A stretch of 39,169 bases of DNA from a virus (IMGVR_UViG_3300037657_000283:1-39169), one strand, 5' to 3'. Shown: positions 25,690 to 37,500, counted from the stretch's first letter. Made by a program: numbers and translations. The notes: generated by a model not told the origin, from the sequence alone.

Positions 25690-26649
25690 ATGACTATTCC
25701 GACATTGTACAACATGCTTGATATCGCAAAGTTCAAGGGAGCTGACTCAATTGTTGGCATCATTGACGAGACGATGAAAACCTTCCCGGAAGTGTCCGGG
25801 TTCGACCTCAAAAACAGTCGTTCGATCGCATCCGGAATTGCTTCCGCGCGTACGATCAAGGGACGTTCGTACAAAACTTTGGTCCGGACCGGGTTGCCAA
25901 CGGTTGCGTTTCGGAACGCGAATGAAGGTTCGTCTCAAAGCCGTTCCACATTTGAAGAACGTAACGTTGAAACCTTCCTGATGAATCCTCGCTGGTCCAT
26001 GGATCGTGCGATTGCTGAATCATATGAAGATGGTCCAGCTGCACTGATGGGGCTGGAAGCAAGCGGGCAGATTCAAGCCGGCTTCCGTCACGTTGCTTCT
26101 CAGTTTTATTACGGGACAAGCAACGACTCGAAAGGCTTCCAGGGTCTTCAATCGTTCGTTGATTCTGCGATGGTGCTAGATGCAACCGGTGCATCTGCTA
26201 ACACTGGTTCATCAGTTTATGCCGTCAAGTTCGGACCTCAACACATTCAATGGGTGATCGGCAACGATGGCTCTTTCAATGTGCCTGAAGAAATGCGATC
26301 CGAAACTGTGTATGACGAAAACAACAAGCCATACACAGCCTATGTGCAAGAGATGATGTCTTGCATCGGCTTGCAAAAGGTCAACAAATATTCTGTTGCA
26401 CGTCTGAAAAACCTGACAGCAGAGAGTGGAAAGAGTCTTGATGATGACATGTTGGCCGACCTGCTCAACAAATTCCCTGTTGGCATCGTTCCAGACGTGC
26501 TGTTCATGACTCGTCGTTCCATCAGTCAATTGCGTAAGTCACGCACTGCGACAAATGCCATCGGTGCACCGGCTCCAACGCCACTTGAGTACGAAGGCAT
26601 TCCAATCGTGCCAACGGATTCACTCTTGGACACCGAAGCAATCGCCTGA
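25690..26649 (+). CDS. Major capsid protein
   Basis: LP.VAFR..NEG, FYYG....GFQGL, SSVYAV.FG, GIPIVPTD.LL.TE end; size and position. Confidence 0.88.
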   Translation: MTIPTLYNMLDIAKFKGADSIVGIIDETMKTFPEVSGFDLKNSRSIASGIASARTIKGRSYKTLVRTGLPTVAFRNANEGSSQSRSTFEERNVETFLMNPRWSMDRAIAESYEDGPAALMGLEASGQIQAGFRHVASQFYYGTSNDSKGFQGLQSFVDSAMVLDATGASANTGSSVYAVKFGPQHIQWVIGNDGSFNVPEEMRSETVYDENNKPYTAYVQEMMSCIGLQKVNKYSVARLKNLTAESGKSLDDDMLADLLNKFPVGIVPDVLFMTRRSISQLRKSRTATNAIGAPAPTPLEYEGIPIVPTDSLLDTEAIA

Positions 26650-26731
26650 TTCTGACTTTGTTTCTTTAAGTCTCTGATACACCAACACGCCAACAAACCA
26701 ACACATCAATGTAAATTTTGGAGTTAAAAAC

Positions 26732-27136
26732 ATGTCTCTTAATATTCAGGATGCAGCACTGATCAAGACAATCGCACTTCCCGCGAGTGCAACGAATGTC
26801 AAATCAGGTGCTTTCGACACTGGCAATGGTCCTCGCGGCTCTTTTCAGGCTCAATGCGAGATTGAAATCTCTGCTCCAGCACTGGCAGTTGGAGAGCTCG
26901 CGAACAGTTCAACGATGAAATATGAGCTGATCACTGATGACAACGACACCTTTTCCTCAGCAACTTCACTTGGTGTGTTCATCACCCAAACTGGCGCAGG
27001 TGGGGCAGGTGCAGCAGCTCAAACTGTGCGAGCAAGATTGCCAACAAACATTAAACGTTATGTTTGCTTGCGTGTGACGAACTCAGCATCTGTAGATGCA
27101 TCCGCGAAAACCGCAACCATCAAGGTTCTGACCTGA
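26732..27136 (+). CDS. Capsid cement/decoration protein (Bbp16-like)
   Basis: Beta-rich; ELITDDNDTFSS...LP...KRYVCL pattern; follows the capsid gene. Confidence 0.6.
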   Translation: MSLNIQDAALIKTIALPASATNVKSGAFDTGNGPRGSFQAQCEIEISAPALAVGELANSSTMKYELITDDNDTFSSATSLGVFITQTGAGGAGAAAQTVRARLPTNIKRYVCLRVTNSASVDASAKTATIKVLT

Positions 27137-27140
27137 TCCA

Positions 27141-27491
27141 ATGCCGTCAACATTTTGTCAATCCATGCTGTCAGGTCTTCAATCAGTCATGTCACTGAGC
27201 GGTGAAGATTCTGTCTATCAGCAAGGATTGACAAGTGTGGCATTGCAAGTGATTCCTGGCCGGGAGCGGTACGACATCGATTCATCTGGTGAGATTCGCC
27301 TTGACTCAAAGTCGCGAGATTTTACTTTTTTTTCAGCTGATTTGAAGTCTGGTGAAACTGTCCTTGTCCCTAAACGTGGGGACAAGATCACACTTACTGA
27401 TCGAAGCGAAACATACGAACTGCAGATGGGCATGAAATACAACGACTCATGCAATTTGCAGTGGCGAGCAACTGGAAAACTGGTGTCTTAA
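27141..27491 (+). CDS. Head-tail joining/closure protein
   Basis: PKRGDKI motif, size and position. Confidence 0.65.
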   Translation: MPSTFCQSMLSGLQSVMSLSGEDSVYQQGLTSVALQVIPGRERYDIDSSGEIRLDSKSRDFTFFSADLKSGETVLVPKRGDKITLTDRSETYELQMGMKYNDSCNLQWRATGKLVS

Positions 27492-27940
27492 TGTCGTCAA
27501 TGCGAACAAAGATTGAAGAGGCTTACAAAGAGTTGGTCACAACGTTGCTGCCAAATACAGCGCTTGTGAAACGTGTCCGAGTGCCGTTCTATGTGTTCGA
27601 TGAACTTCCTGACTCACTTGTCGCGATGGTTTACACGGCATCAAGAACGGCAGCCCGCGAGATTCGATCACAAACGACCAATCGACTTTCTGTTGCTATT
27701 TCATTGGTCCGCAAGGCCGCATTCGATGGTGATTCAGTCGACATGTCGGAAGCCGATGAATTTGATGTGTTAGTCGAGTTATTGATCGACACACTGTCGA
27801 AATCAGCAGTTGAAGTTGAGGGAGTCAAATACCGAACAGAGGAAGGAGCAGTTGAGGTCGCATCGTCCGTGCAGCCTGAAAGAGAATTGCACGGCATCAT
27901 GTGCGAGACGTTAATCCTCAGTGTTCCTTATTACGTGTAA
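27491..27940 (+). CDS. Probable tail terminator/completion protein
   Basis: Position and size; TAATG overlap. Confidence 0.55.
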   Translation: MSSMRTKIEEAYKELVTTLLPNTALVKRVRVPFYVFDELPDSLVAMVYTASRTAAREIRSQTTNRLSVAISLVRKAAFDGDSVDMSEADEFDVLVELLIDTLSKSAVEVEGVKYRTEEGAVEVASSVQPERELHGIMCETLILSVPYYV

Positions 27941-27942
27941 AC

Positions 27943-28398
27943 ATGTTGAATTCCGGGTTTTTGAAACTGGGATTGAGGGAGGCGAAAAGCTCTTTCTTTG
28001 ATCGTGCCAGAATCATGAACAAAATGAGTGTCAGTGATCAATGGGCACTGTCGAAATGCGGGGCTTATGTTCGATCAGCAGCACGCAGGTCGTTTCGTAA
28101 GCCACCTAAGAAGAGGAAATACAATGGTGGACGCGCCCCCTACAACATCACTGGAAAACTGAGGGAATCGATTGTTTTTGCCTATGCTGCCACGAAAAAA
28201 AGTGTCGTCATTGGTCCATATCTTTTCCCTGGTGTCGCGCAAGATGTGCCAGCACCGCAATTATTAGAGTTCGGCGGAGTGGTCAACACAAAAACACACA
28301 CATTCATTTATCACGCTTATCCCTATATGCGACCAGCATTCGAGAGAAGCAAAGATAAGTTGGCACAATTTTACGAAAACTCATTCAATAGAAGGTGA
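27943..28398 (+). CDS. Neck/tail completion protein (HK97 gp10-like)
   Basis: TGKLRESI...LLEFGG...PYMRPAF. Confidence 0.8.
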   Translation: MLNSGFLKLGLREAKSSFFDRARIMNKMSVSDQWALSKCGAYVRSAARRSFRKPPKKRKYNGGRAPYNITGKLRESIVFAYAATKKSVVIGPYLFPGVAQDVPAPQLLEFGGVVNTKTHTFIYHAYPYMRPAFERSKDKLAQFYENSFNRR

Positions 28399-28850
28399 AA
28401 ATCATGGAACTGTTATTCGGTCGTGACGCCAAAATGTATCGCAACACTGCCTCATACGGTACGCCAACATGGGTTGCGATGGACAATATCGGTGATGTAT
28501 CGGATGACCTGAATCATGAGCAGGTCGAAGTTCCGTTGCGTTCAAGCGGCAACATCAATCGGTTCTTCTACGGCAATACATCCATGTCATTGACCATCAA
28601 CACATCGAACATTAAAGACGATGCGACATTGGCGGCCATTTGGGACGCCTTCCGCAACAAAACAACGCTCGATTTGCTTGTGCTTGACCGCGCGAAAGAA
28701 GATGCAGAAGCACGTGGTTTCCGCTGTGAATTTGGTGTGTTTGGCCATCCACGCGACCAAGCTGTTAAGTCTGTGCAATCATCCGCGCTGGCACTTGTTC
28801 CGGTCATTAGCTCAAACCCTGTTGTCTTTTATCCGATCCCCGAAGAGTGA
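28395..28850 (+). CDS. Major tail tube protein
   Basis: G.DAKMYRNT....PTW...NI.DV; directly upstream of chaperone and tape measure; start may be ATG 28404. Confidence 0.75.
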   Translation: MKIMELLFGRDAKMYRNTASYGTPTWVAMDNIGDVSDDLNHEQVEVPLRSSGNINRFFYGNTSMSLTINTSNIKDDATLAAIWDAFRNKTTLDLLVLDRAKEDAEARGFRCEFGVFGHPRDQAVKSVQSSALALVPVISSNPVVFYPIPEE

Positions 28851-28932
28851 TGATCGAAAAAAATCACTGATCCGCTTGCAACATCTGATTCGTTATTCCT
28901 TACATTCAACAGCAGCATAAACGGTAATTATC

Positions 28933-29400
28933 ATGACAGACCAACTGAGTGTTCAATCCATTCCATGGGATTTCACCATCAATATTGGTGTTCTTAAACG
29001 CATCAAAAAAGAACTTGGAATCGATCCAGATACAATTTTGGATCATGTGGGTGATCCAATTCAATTGGCGTCATTGATCTGGGTGATCATCGCTCCCCAA
29101 GCAGCAAAACATGAAATCACCCAGGATGCATTTGACGCTGAATGCTATGGAGACTTCGTGGATAAAATCGCCAATGATTTCATGGACGGTTTCGCCGCTT
29201 TTTTCCCGAAAGCCCGTCAGGAACGGGTAAAGAAGCTCAGGGAAATCGGAAATCTGAAGATCGATCACGAACTGAAGAAGATGGATCGGCTGTTAGCGGA
29301 AGTGGAGCAAGAAATTATTGGCCAGTCATCTATGAAGTTGTCGGAGCGGCAGGAGTTGGAAACCCAGACGAATACAGTTGGCGAGAGCTCAACTGGATGA
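28933..29400 (+). CDS. Tail assembly chaperone (gpG-like)
   Basis: Between tail tube and tape measure; overlapping open -1 frame. Confidence 0.75.
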   Translation: MTDQLSVQSIPWDFTINIGVLKRIKKELGIDPDTILDHVGDPIQLASLIWVIIAPQAAKHEITQDAFDAECYGDFVDKIANDFMDGFAAFFPKARQERVKKLREIGNLKIDHELKKMDRLLAEVEQEIIGQSSMKLSERQELETQTNTVGESSTG

Positions 29401-29582
29401 TCGAAGGCAAAAAAACAGCAATGATCACTTTCATTGCTGAAATTGCCCAAACGTTTCTTGGTGGGAATCACATCAATTCCACGCGAGATATGCCCAAAAC
29501 TTCAAGTGCGAATAATTCAATCAGTCCCATGGATCGCACAATTGCTGCCGTGAAGCAATTGCAAGCCAAACAACGAAAGTAG
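29178..29582 (+). CDS. gpT-like -1 frame extension of the tail chaperone
   Basis: Frame is stop-free from 29178; encodes GVGNPDEYSWRELNWMIEG upstream of its first ATG (29397); the shift point is uncertain. Confidence 0.65.
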   Translation, partial: FHGRFRRFFPESPSGTGKEAQGNRKSEDRSRTEEDGSAVSGSGARNYWPVIYEVVGAAGVGNPDEYSWRELNWMIEGKKTAMITFIAEIAQTFLGGNHINSTRDMPKTSSANNSISPMDRTIAAVKQLQAKQRK

Positions 29583-29588
29583 TAGCTC

Positions 29589-32000
29589 ATGCCAGGCTCA
29601 AGAGACGTTCGAGCGGGAGGGGCGTTTGTCGAAATCTTTTCGACAGATACTCAGCTCGTTAAAGGTCTCAGCGCTACCAACGCGAAAATCAAGGCATGGT
29701 CCGAAGGATTGAGACGCTTTTCTCTGGCTGGCATCGGTCTAGGAGCAGGTGCCATTGCTGGCCTCGTTGCAATCACAAATCAAGCTGTCGAAACAGGTAG
29801 TCGTTTAGACGATCTGTCACAACGTCTGGGGCTATCTGCAAACTATTTATCCAAGCTCGAATACGTTGCCAAATTGAGCGGGACAGAATTGGAAGTCCTG
29901 GCCAAAGGTGAAGTGAAATTACGCAACATTCTGGCCGATGTGAACAATCTGAGTAAAGAGCAAACAGCAACGTTCAAAATGCTGGGGTTGGACGCTAAGA
30001 AGCTGGCAGCAATACCTATGGAAGAACGCTTCCTGCTCGTTGCTGACGCATTATCAAAGATCACCGATGAAACACAACTCACAGCAACAGTCATGGAGTT
30101 GTTTGGTAAATCGGGTGTCGAGCTGATTCCAATTTTTCGTAATGGTGCCAAGTCAGTCCGCGAGATGATCGAGGAAGGCCAGAGACTTGGCATCTTCAAA
30201 ACAGATGCACAAGTTGCAGCAGCCGCAAAGCTCGGTGACACATTCGATCAGATGAAATTGGCTGCATCAAATCTTGTGTTCACTGTAGGTGTGCAGATGA
30301 TTCCTGTTTTTGAGGGCCTTACATCAACCATCATCAATTGCACGGGACAACTCCAAAATTTCGTTAACGAAAATGAAGACTTTGTTCCCAGCGTAATGAA
30401 AATTGTTGTTGCTGGTACGGCAGCATTTGCATCTCTCTATGCACTCTCCACGGGTGTCTCTCTGGTGTCTTCCACGGTTGGCATGGCAGGTGGTGTCGTT
30501 GGAGGTGGGTTAAATCTGATATCCGGTGGATTCAATCTCCTGTACGGATCCGGCACGCGCACAATCGGCATGCTCCACTACCTGCTCCCGGCTTTTCGTT
30601 TATTGTCCCCGATCGGACAATCGGGAGCAAGTTCATTATTGTTATTAGCCAGAGGCATGAACACCACCGCACGCGGGGGAATGGCATTATTCCAAGTCCT
30701 CGCCAGCGGGAAAACATATCTGAAGATTTTTGAATACAGTCTTGGATATGGTTATATCGCACTCGATAAATTCCGTACTGGTCTTGGCATCGGGATGGCT
30801 GCACTCCGTAAGTTTACATTGATAACAACGCTTGCAATTCGGAGCATGTCATCATTATCTGCAGCGATATCAATGGCACCATTAGTGATATCGAGTCTTG
30901 CTTCGAGCGCAATGGCTTTGCCGGCGGTTATTGGATCAATCATTTCAGGTATTTCGGTCCTCGGTCCATCGCTCTTGGCAATGACTCCAGTGATCGCCAT
31001 TGTGGCGGCAATTGCTGCAGCAATTATTCTGTTGTCTGATGTCTCTTTTGAGGACTTTAATTCTGGCCTCAAAATGGTGACAGACACACTCGCATATCTA
31101 AAAGGTTACGCGGTCGGGGTGTTCAATTACATTGTGTCCGGAGTGACAAAAGAATTGAGTCGGATCTGGACCATTGCGAGTGATGCTTTCGGCGAAATAT
31201 CCACTGTGTTTGGCGACACATGGGACACGATGTTCGCCTACTTGCAGAATGGGGATATGGGAGCTGCTGCAGACACACTCTTTACGGGCCTTCAATTCGC
31301 CGTCAGTCGTGGGCTACGTGCCGTATGGGATATCTGGTCTCCATGGCGAAAACTGATTTTAGAGTCTTGGAATTCCTTGGCCGGTGCAATTGAGCAACGA
31401 TTTGCGGATGCAATCAATGGGGCGCAGGGCATGCTGGCGAGTAGTCAGAACTCGATTGCCAATCTGTTGTTGGTGGGCAATGCAGATGCCCAAGAGACGC
31501 TCAAAGAGGACTATGAACGGGCTGAAAAAGCACGTCAAAATGAGATCAAACGCGCATCGGAAGAACGGAGTAAACGCTCAAATGATTACGCCCAAGGCAT
31601 TGGCCAATCTTCCGAGAATACAATTTCCGCATTGAGGAAATCCGAGGATGAAGCATTTGCCAAACTCGAAAAACTGAAAAGCGAAGCTCCCCAAAAAGAG
31701 TCATCAGATGCCGAGAAAAAAAAGGATGAAATCCAGTCCGTCATGGACGACGCTGAATCTGAAGACAAAAAGAAAAAAACGAAGAAGATCGCAGAACGTG
31801 CGGCGTTCGAGGGGCTACAAGCCAACTCCAGCGCGGGAATACAGACACTTGCGAAATTCCTGCATGGTACCGGGAACCATTCTAACATCCCACAAAAGCA
31901 GTTAGATGCTGCACAGCAAGGGAATGTCAAACTGGATCAGATCCTTGAATCTATACGCGAAAATGATAACGAACAAAAGTTTCAGACAGGAGTTGTCTGA
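29589..32000 (+). CDS. Tail tape measure protein
   Basis: VRAGGAFVEI N-terminus, LDDLSQRLG, MELFGKSG, Ala/Gly-rich hydrophobic middle. Confidence 0.92.
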   Translation: MPGSRDVRAGGAFVEIFSTDTQLVKGLSATNAKIKAWSEGLRRFSLAGIGLGAGAIAGLVAITNQAVETGSRLDDLSQRLGLSANYLSKLEYVAKLSGTELEVLAKGEVKLRNILADVNNLSKEQTATFKMLGLDAKKLAAIPMEERFLLVADALSKITDETQLTATVMELFGKSGVELIPIFRNGAKSVREMIEEGQRLGIFKTDAQVAAAAKLGDTFDQMKLAASNLVFTVGVQMIPVFEGLTSTIINCTGQLQNFVNENEDFVPSVMKIVVAGTAAFASLYALSTGVSLVSSTVGMAGGVVGGGLNLISGGFNLLYGSGTRTIGMLHYLLPAFRLLSPIGQSGASSLLLLARGMNTTARGGMALFQVLASGKTYLKIFEYSLGYGYIALDKFRTGLGIGMAALRKFTLITTLAIRSMSSLSAAISMAPLVISSLASSAMALPAVIGSIISGISVLGPSLLAMTPVIAIVAAIAAAIILLSDVSFEDFNSGLKMVTDTLAYLKGYAVGVFNYIVSGVTKELSRIWTIASDAFGEISTVFGDTWDTMFAYLQNGDMGAAADTLFTGLQFAVSRGLRAVWDIWSPWRKLILESWNSLAGAIEQRFADAINGAQGMLASSQNSIANLLLVGNADAQETLKEDYERAEKARQNEIKRASEERSKRSNDYAQGIGQSSENTISALRKSEDEAFAKLEKLKSEAPQKESSDAEKKKDEIQSVMDDAESEDKKKKTKKIAERAAFEGLQANSSAGIQTLAKFLHGTGNHSNIPQKQLDAAQQGNVKLDQILESIRENDNEQKFQTGVV

Positions 32001-32998
32001 TGCCTCTTACATGGTTTGAAATCGGTGACGAATCTGGCGGCCAAAACATGGCCGATGGGCATCGCACCTACAACGTCACTGCCTTCGGCTTGAATGATAA
32101 TCCTAATGAGTTACTCCCAACGATTTTAATGAACGATAAGTTGTTGCGTGAGAGTGTCACACCGTTTTGGGGTGCTGATATCAGCGCGGTACTGACTGAC
32201 ATCAAAGGGGCAACGAATAAGAAAATCAGCGAAGGAATGATCTGGAAATTTGACCTCGTTTATTCGACCAAAAAAGAAGAGGAAAAAGACGGCGAAGAGG
32301 ATGTCCGCTACAACCCGACAAAACAAGCAGCGGTGATCATTCCGACATTCACAGAAACGGAAATTCACTCGCTCACGGATTACACGAAAAAACTTGTGAT
32401 TAACAACGCTGGTGAGCTATTCACAGGGTTCACTAAGAAGGTCGGTTGCAATCGATTTCAGATCACGAAATCGATTGAATTTAATGGTGAACTTCCTAAG
32501 TGGTGGAAGACTCACCAGCTCGCAGTCAACAAGGATGATGTGACAATCCTCGGTCTCAAATTTCCACCATTAACACTGCTTGTGTCCTTCAATGGATCTG
32601 AGAAAAAGCAGAAGTTCGGTGTCAAATATATTGATGTGAATTTTGACATTTTAGAAAACCCGTTGGAGTGGCGATTCAAAAGTTACAACGTCGGTTTGTA
32701 TGAGCAATCGCCGGTTTTTAAATTCGTTGAAATTGAGCAGAACGAGTTCACACCGATCGGATCAGGTGTTCAGAAAAAGGTGCAAACAGGATTTGAATTC
32801 AAGCGAATCTTGGATGAAGAGGGGCAAGCGATAACGGAGCCTGTGCCACTGGATAAGAATGGTACAGCGTTACGGGAATACGACAAGGAACTGAAAAAGT
32901 GGGTTTTGAAACGCAAGGTAGACATAGAAAAAGAGTGTGAACTCTTGGATTACCCGGATCACAACGAAGTCTCTTTTTCGGTACTGCCATTAACGTGA
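32000..32998 (+). CDS. Tail-tip protein (putative)
   Basis: Immediately after tape measure, TGATG overlap. Confidence 0.6.
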   Translation: MPLTWFEIGDESGGQNMADGHRTYNVTAFGLNDNPNELLPTILMNDKLLRESVTPFWGADISAVLTDIKGATNKKISEGMIWKFDLVYSTKKEEEKDGEEDVRYNPTKQAAVIIPTFTETEIHSLTDYTKKLVINNAGELFTGFTKKVGCNRFQITKSIEFNGELPKWWKTHQLAVNKDDVTILGLKFPPLTLLVSFNGSEKKQKFGVKYIDVNFDILENPLEWRFKSYNVGLYEQSPVFKFVEIEQNEFTPIGSGVQKKVQTGFEFKRILDEEGQAITEPVPLDKNGTALREYDKELKKWVLKRKVDIEKECELLDYPDHNEVSFSVLPLT

Positions 32999-33019
32999 TT
33001 TTGTAAAAGGCGAATAAAG

Positions 33020-33517
33020 ATGACCAACGAACAACTGAAACAACTGATTCTTGAAAATCCCGCAGCTCTCTATGCTGTGACAGGCTGCTGCTTTGTCGAT
33101 GCCCAGGTTGCTCTCGGAAGCATCTGGCCGCAACGTGTTAAACGAAAAGTGGGCAATGTGCTGCTTTATCGTTACCTGCCCGCTGATATGCGGCCGCGCG
33201 TGGTGATGGCAAAACTGGATGCCTTTGCTGCGTCAGCATCTCCAGAGGGGACACCTTTTGATGTCCTGAAACTCAAAGATGCGATTGCGGATTCCCGACT
33301 TGAAATGGGTGTAGCGGGTGTGGGAATGGATTTCGGGGACGATGCTGTATTGGCATCATTTGATGCTCTCCTTGCGTTGGAAGTGATCACCGAAGATGAA
33401 CATATGGCACTCACAAACGTGTCGATTGATATTGTGCAAGTGCCGGTGGAAGTGTTGCAGGAAGTGCAGTTGCAATACCGTGACGAACTCATGGCCGCTC
33501 TGAACGGGGGTGAATGA
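33020..33517 (+). CDS. Hypothetical protein in tail module
   Basis: AAGG SD; operon position. Confidence 0.7.
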   Translation: MTNEQLKQLILENPAALYAVTGCCFVDAQVALGSIWPQRVKRKVGNVLLYRYLPADMRPRVVMAKLDAFAASASPEGTPFDVLKLKDAIADSRLEMGVAGVGMDFGDDAVLASFDALLALEVITEDEHMALTNVSIDIVQVPVEVLQEVQLQYRDELMAALNGGE

Positions 33518-34506
33518 TGGGTATTATTGTGAATCCTGGTGGTGGTGGTACCACGTTGCCAAGCCAGACCGGGAACAATGGAAAGTTCCTGAAGACGGAC
33601 GGGTCTGCGTTGTCGTGGGATCCAGCATCGTTGACGGTTTACGATGCAACGGGAACGCTGGCTGATGGCGCATCTATCACGATTGAGCATCCGAGTGATC
33701 CCGACAAGAAAAGAATCCCATTTTTCCGCAAACTGGATTCGATTTTCGGGACATATGCACTCCTCAATTTTGAGGGGGCAAATGATTCGACGACTTTTGC
33801 CGACTCAGGGCCTCTTGCAAATTCAGTCACACGTGATGGATCGGCAGTCATTAAAACGGCTGAATATAAATTCGGATCATCATCTGGGTTATTTCTTCCT
33901 GGCTCCGGCGATTCGGTACACGTGCCATCTGTCTCATTGTCGGGTGATTTTACTCTCGGTGCCTGGGTTCGATTTACGACTCTGGCCGCTTACAACACTT
34001 TATTCCGTCAACCGAATCCGGGTATTTTCGTCGGGCTGAAATCTGATGCGACTGGCATCAGATGGGGACGTACCGATGTGGCCGAATACGGAAATGCTGC
34101 TTTTAGTTGGTCAACTAATACCTGGTATCATTTTTTATTAACACGGGCCTCAAATACAGTGAGAGTCTTCGTTAATGGAACCCAAGTCGGGTCTGATGTG
34201 ACCAACTCTAATAACTACGCCGAAGTCATGTACGTCGGCGGTGGGGGTGGATTTGCTGTCAATGGATATATGGATAACGCCTATATTCTCAATGGATATG
34301 CACTACATACGGCGAACTTTACAACTCCCACAACTCCATTCACGGATCCGGGATATGTCCAAAAACCGATGACGATCGGCACTGCCTCTACCGGTGTGAT
34401 TAACTGTATTTTTGCTGATGGATCAAACTTGAATTCCGACACAAAAACGACTTTCACAAATAAAACCGGATCGTCTGTTAAATACATTTGCGGGGTGAAT
34501 CTATGA
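33514..34506 (+). CDS. LamG/concanavalin A-like lectin tail protein
   Basis: LPSQTGNNGKFLKTDG fibre repeat; LLNFEGAN..TTFADS, DFTLGAWV, TWYH..LTR....VRVFVNG, NGYMDN. Confidence 0.88.
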   Translation: MMGIIVNPGGGGTTLPSQTGNNGKFLKTDGSALSWDPASLTVYDATGTLADGASITIEHPSDPDKKRIPFFRKLDSIFGTYALLNFEGANDSTTFADSGPLANSVTRDGSAVIKTAEYKFGSSSGLFLPGSGDSVHVPSVSLSGDFTLGAWVRFTTLAAYNTLFRQPNPGIFVGLKSDATGIRWGRTDVAEYGNAAFSWSTNTWYHFLLTRASNTVRVFVNGTQVGSDVTNSNNYAEVMYVGGGGGFAVNGYMDNAYILNGYALHTANFTTPTTPFTDPGYVQKPMTIGTASTGVINCIFADGSNLNSDTKTTFTNKTGSSVKYICGVNL

Positions 34507-37500
34507 GTAATTACAGAGGCGACTACGAGGCCGGAACGTCCGTTGACTTCATAGATGATACTGTCAGCGGGGCATCTCCGTTTACCTTGTCGGGCTCACC
34601 AGCTCTCAAGGCTTATCGGTCAGGCGACACCACAGGCAGCACAGCAGGCATCACGCTATCTGTTGACTATAATGGCACCGGTCTACACAGAATTGTCATT
34701 GATCTCACGCAGGATTATTACACACCCGGCCATGACTATATGATCAAGTTCACCGCTGGGGCCGTGGATGGCGTGTCAGTCGTGGGCCGCATCGTAGCAG
34801 ATTTCAGCGTCGAAAACCGATTCGTTCCCGGCGATGAACCAATCACAGGAGAGGTTGTACCAATGGCAACGAATATTTGGAGAGGCACGGCAGTTGCAAA
34901 AGTTGGGCAAAAGGTATTTCCAGTTCAACAAGGCAGCAAGCCATTCAAGCTGGTGAGAAATAATCAATCGCTGTCATTCTCGACATGGAATGCAGTGATC
35001 ATTGCCAAAGCTATCAATTCAAATGTAAACAACATTCCGGAATTTTCTGAAGTTGTCGCGACTGCGTTGGGTGATGGCTCCTTATTGTTGACCGATGCGA
35101 CACCAGGTCTACCGGCTGCGGAACTGTTTAATATTGTCGTTGAGCCTACCGTTACCATCGAAATCAACCGCTTGGGTGTGGATCCGATATCAGAGATCCA
35201 GTTGATTACATTGCCAGCAACGACAACGGGCGGTACGTGGGATCTGCAAGTGACCGTGAATGGTGTCGTGGAGGTTTATGACACGCTTGATCACGATATC
35301 ACTGCAGCCGAACTCGAAGACGAAATCGAAGCACACGCTGAAGTCGGAACAGGAAATGTGGAAGTTACTGGCGTAGCTGGCGGCCCATGGTCAGTCAAAT
35401 ATAAGAACGATCTTGCTGGAGTTGATATTCCATTGATGGTGGGCAGTGGTGATGACTTGACAGGAAACGCCAGTGTTGTCGTCACGACGATTCAGAATGG
35501 TGCCTCATCCGATGAGATTGGATACTTTCAAATGGGTGTATACTTAATATATGGCGTCAAGTTTTCTTACGGTGGCAACACAACTGCAGTGATCACCTAT
35601 GGTGCTTCAACAGCAACAATCAAAGCGGCGATCGAAGCACTTCCTGGAATCGGTTCAGGAAACATTGAAGTTTATGGGGGATTTAGCAAAAGTATTAATA
35701 ATTTTTACGGGGGTTCTACAAGTTATGGAATCTTTATGGTCTTCAAATTCACTGGCTCGCTTGCTGGACAGAACGTAAACGCACTGCAAATGCTACGACA
35801 GTACGATCCTATTTCATCTCCTGATTACAATCAAACAATAAATGCAACGATGATCACTCAAGGTGGAACATCATTTGCGAACACGCTTGTGTTTATTGAC
35901 GCTCGCTTAAACAGCGGAACAAGTCCATCTGACACATGGACAATTACAGTTGATGGGCAGACAACATCTGCACTGTCAGTCAGAGCAACGACATCTGAAA
36001 TTGACACTGCAGTCACAGCATTAAGCACTGTCGCCAGCGTGACAGTTTACGGAAATTCAAGTGCCAGCACATTAAGCAAAGATTGCCAAGGCTTGTATCT
36101 GTTAAACTTTGATGGTGGCGATGCTGGTACTGATATTTCGCCGGTGTCGATCACTTTAGGTGGTGGACTCGATCCAGCTTCAACAGTGGGTGCAACTGTT
36201 GTCAATACTGGTGGTGCATCAAGCGAGATCCAAGAGTTTTACATTACCGCAGCTGGTGGTACGTTCGATGTCGGAATTGAATCTGATACAGCATCAGGTA
36301 TTGCTTACGGTGCATCAGCTGCAACATTGCAAACGGCACTTGAGGCGACATCAGGCGTTGGGTCCGGTGATGTTATTGTGACTGGATCAGGAACTGAGTC
36401 AGATCCGTATCGTTTGGAATACGCCGCTGCTCTGGGTGGATTAAATCTCGCTCAAGTAACAGTTGATATATCCAGCATTACCGGCGGCAAGGACATTGCG
36501 ATATCAAATACTCAGGCTCCAGTTGCTGGCGTGAGCATGATTGAAATCATCAGAATCTATAACGCTGACGGTGGTACTGTGCTGCTCACCCGCAATGGTA
36601 TTGATGTTAGAATTGATTGGGATGCCACTGCTGTAGAAGTGCAGACAGCATTTGAAACACTCCAAGGTGCTGGAAATGCTCAAGTCGAGGGACCGAATGG
36701 AGGTCCATGGATTATCACATCAATTGGAGACATGGCAAATAGAGCAGTGGGACCACTTTTGTATTCTACCTTTAGTCTGACAAGTTCAAATGGTTTCGCA
36801 GACGCCACACGCTACCCAAGCGAAGGCCCTGAATATTACAACGTCCCCTCAAATTGGTCTCTGGGACGTGTGCCACAACCATTGGACGAAATCATCTTTG
36901 ATCGCTCTGCCAAGTGGCCCAAGTACGGCACAATACAACGATGCGAGGTCACAGCAAACGCAACGTTGAATCGATTATCTCCCGTTGACACACACGATTT
37001 GATTCGTGGTCAGATCGTTAGAATCAAATCATCTGGCACACTGCCAGGAGGCCTCACAGCAGATACAGATTATTACATTCAATCGCTTGATCCTGTAGAC
37101 GGTTCATTTGCGTTGACTGCAAGCTATGGTGGTGACGCCATCAATATCAGCTCAACAGGATCAGGAACACATAAGGTATTCGTGCCACTCGCAAATATCG
37201 TGTTCCTTGGTGCTGCAAATTACGTTGGTATTTCACAGCTCAATAAGGCGGGATATTACGACGATCGAAAGCGTTACCTTGGTATTGATACTGCCGATAA
37301 CGGAACTTGCTCCATTGGTGTGAATACGGGGGCAGGACCATCGTTGCTGCGTATTGATTTTGATGATTCGCAAGTGAACTGTGATGTGATCTCGACAAGC
37401 ACATCATCAGAATCAGGCACCGAGCCCGTTATTCTCCTCAACGACAACGACAATTCAGAAGTCAACATCTACGGTGGAACGCTTGGCATCGCAACGGAAA

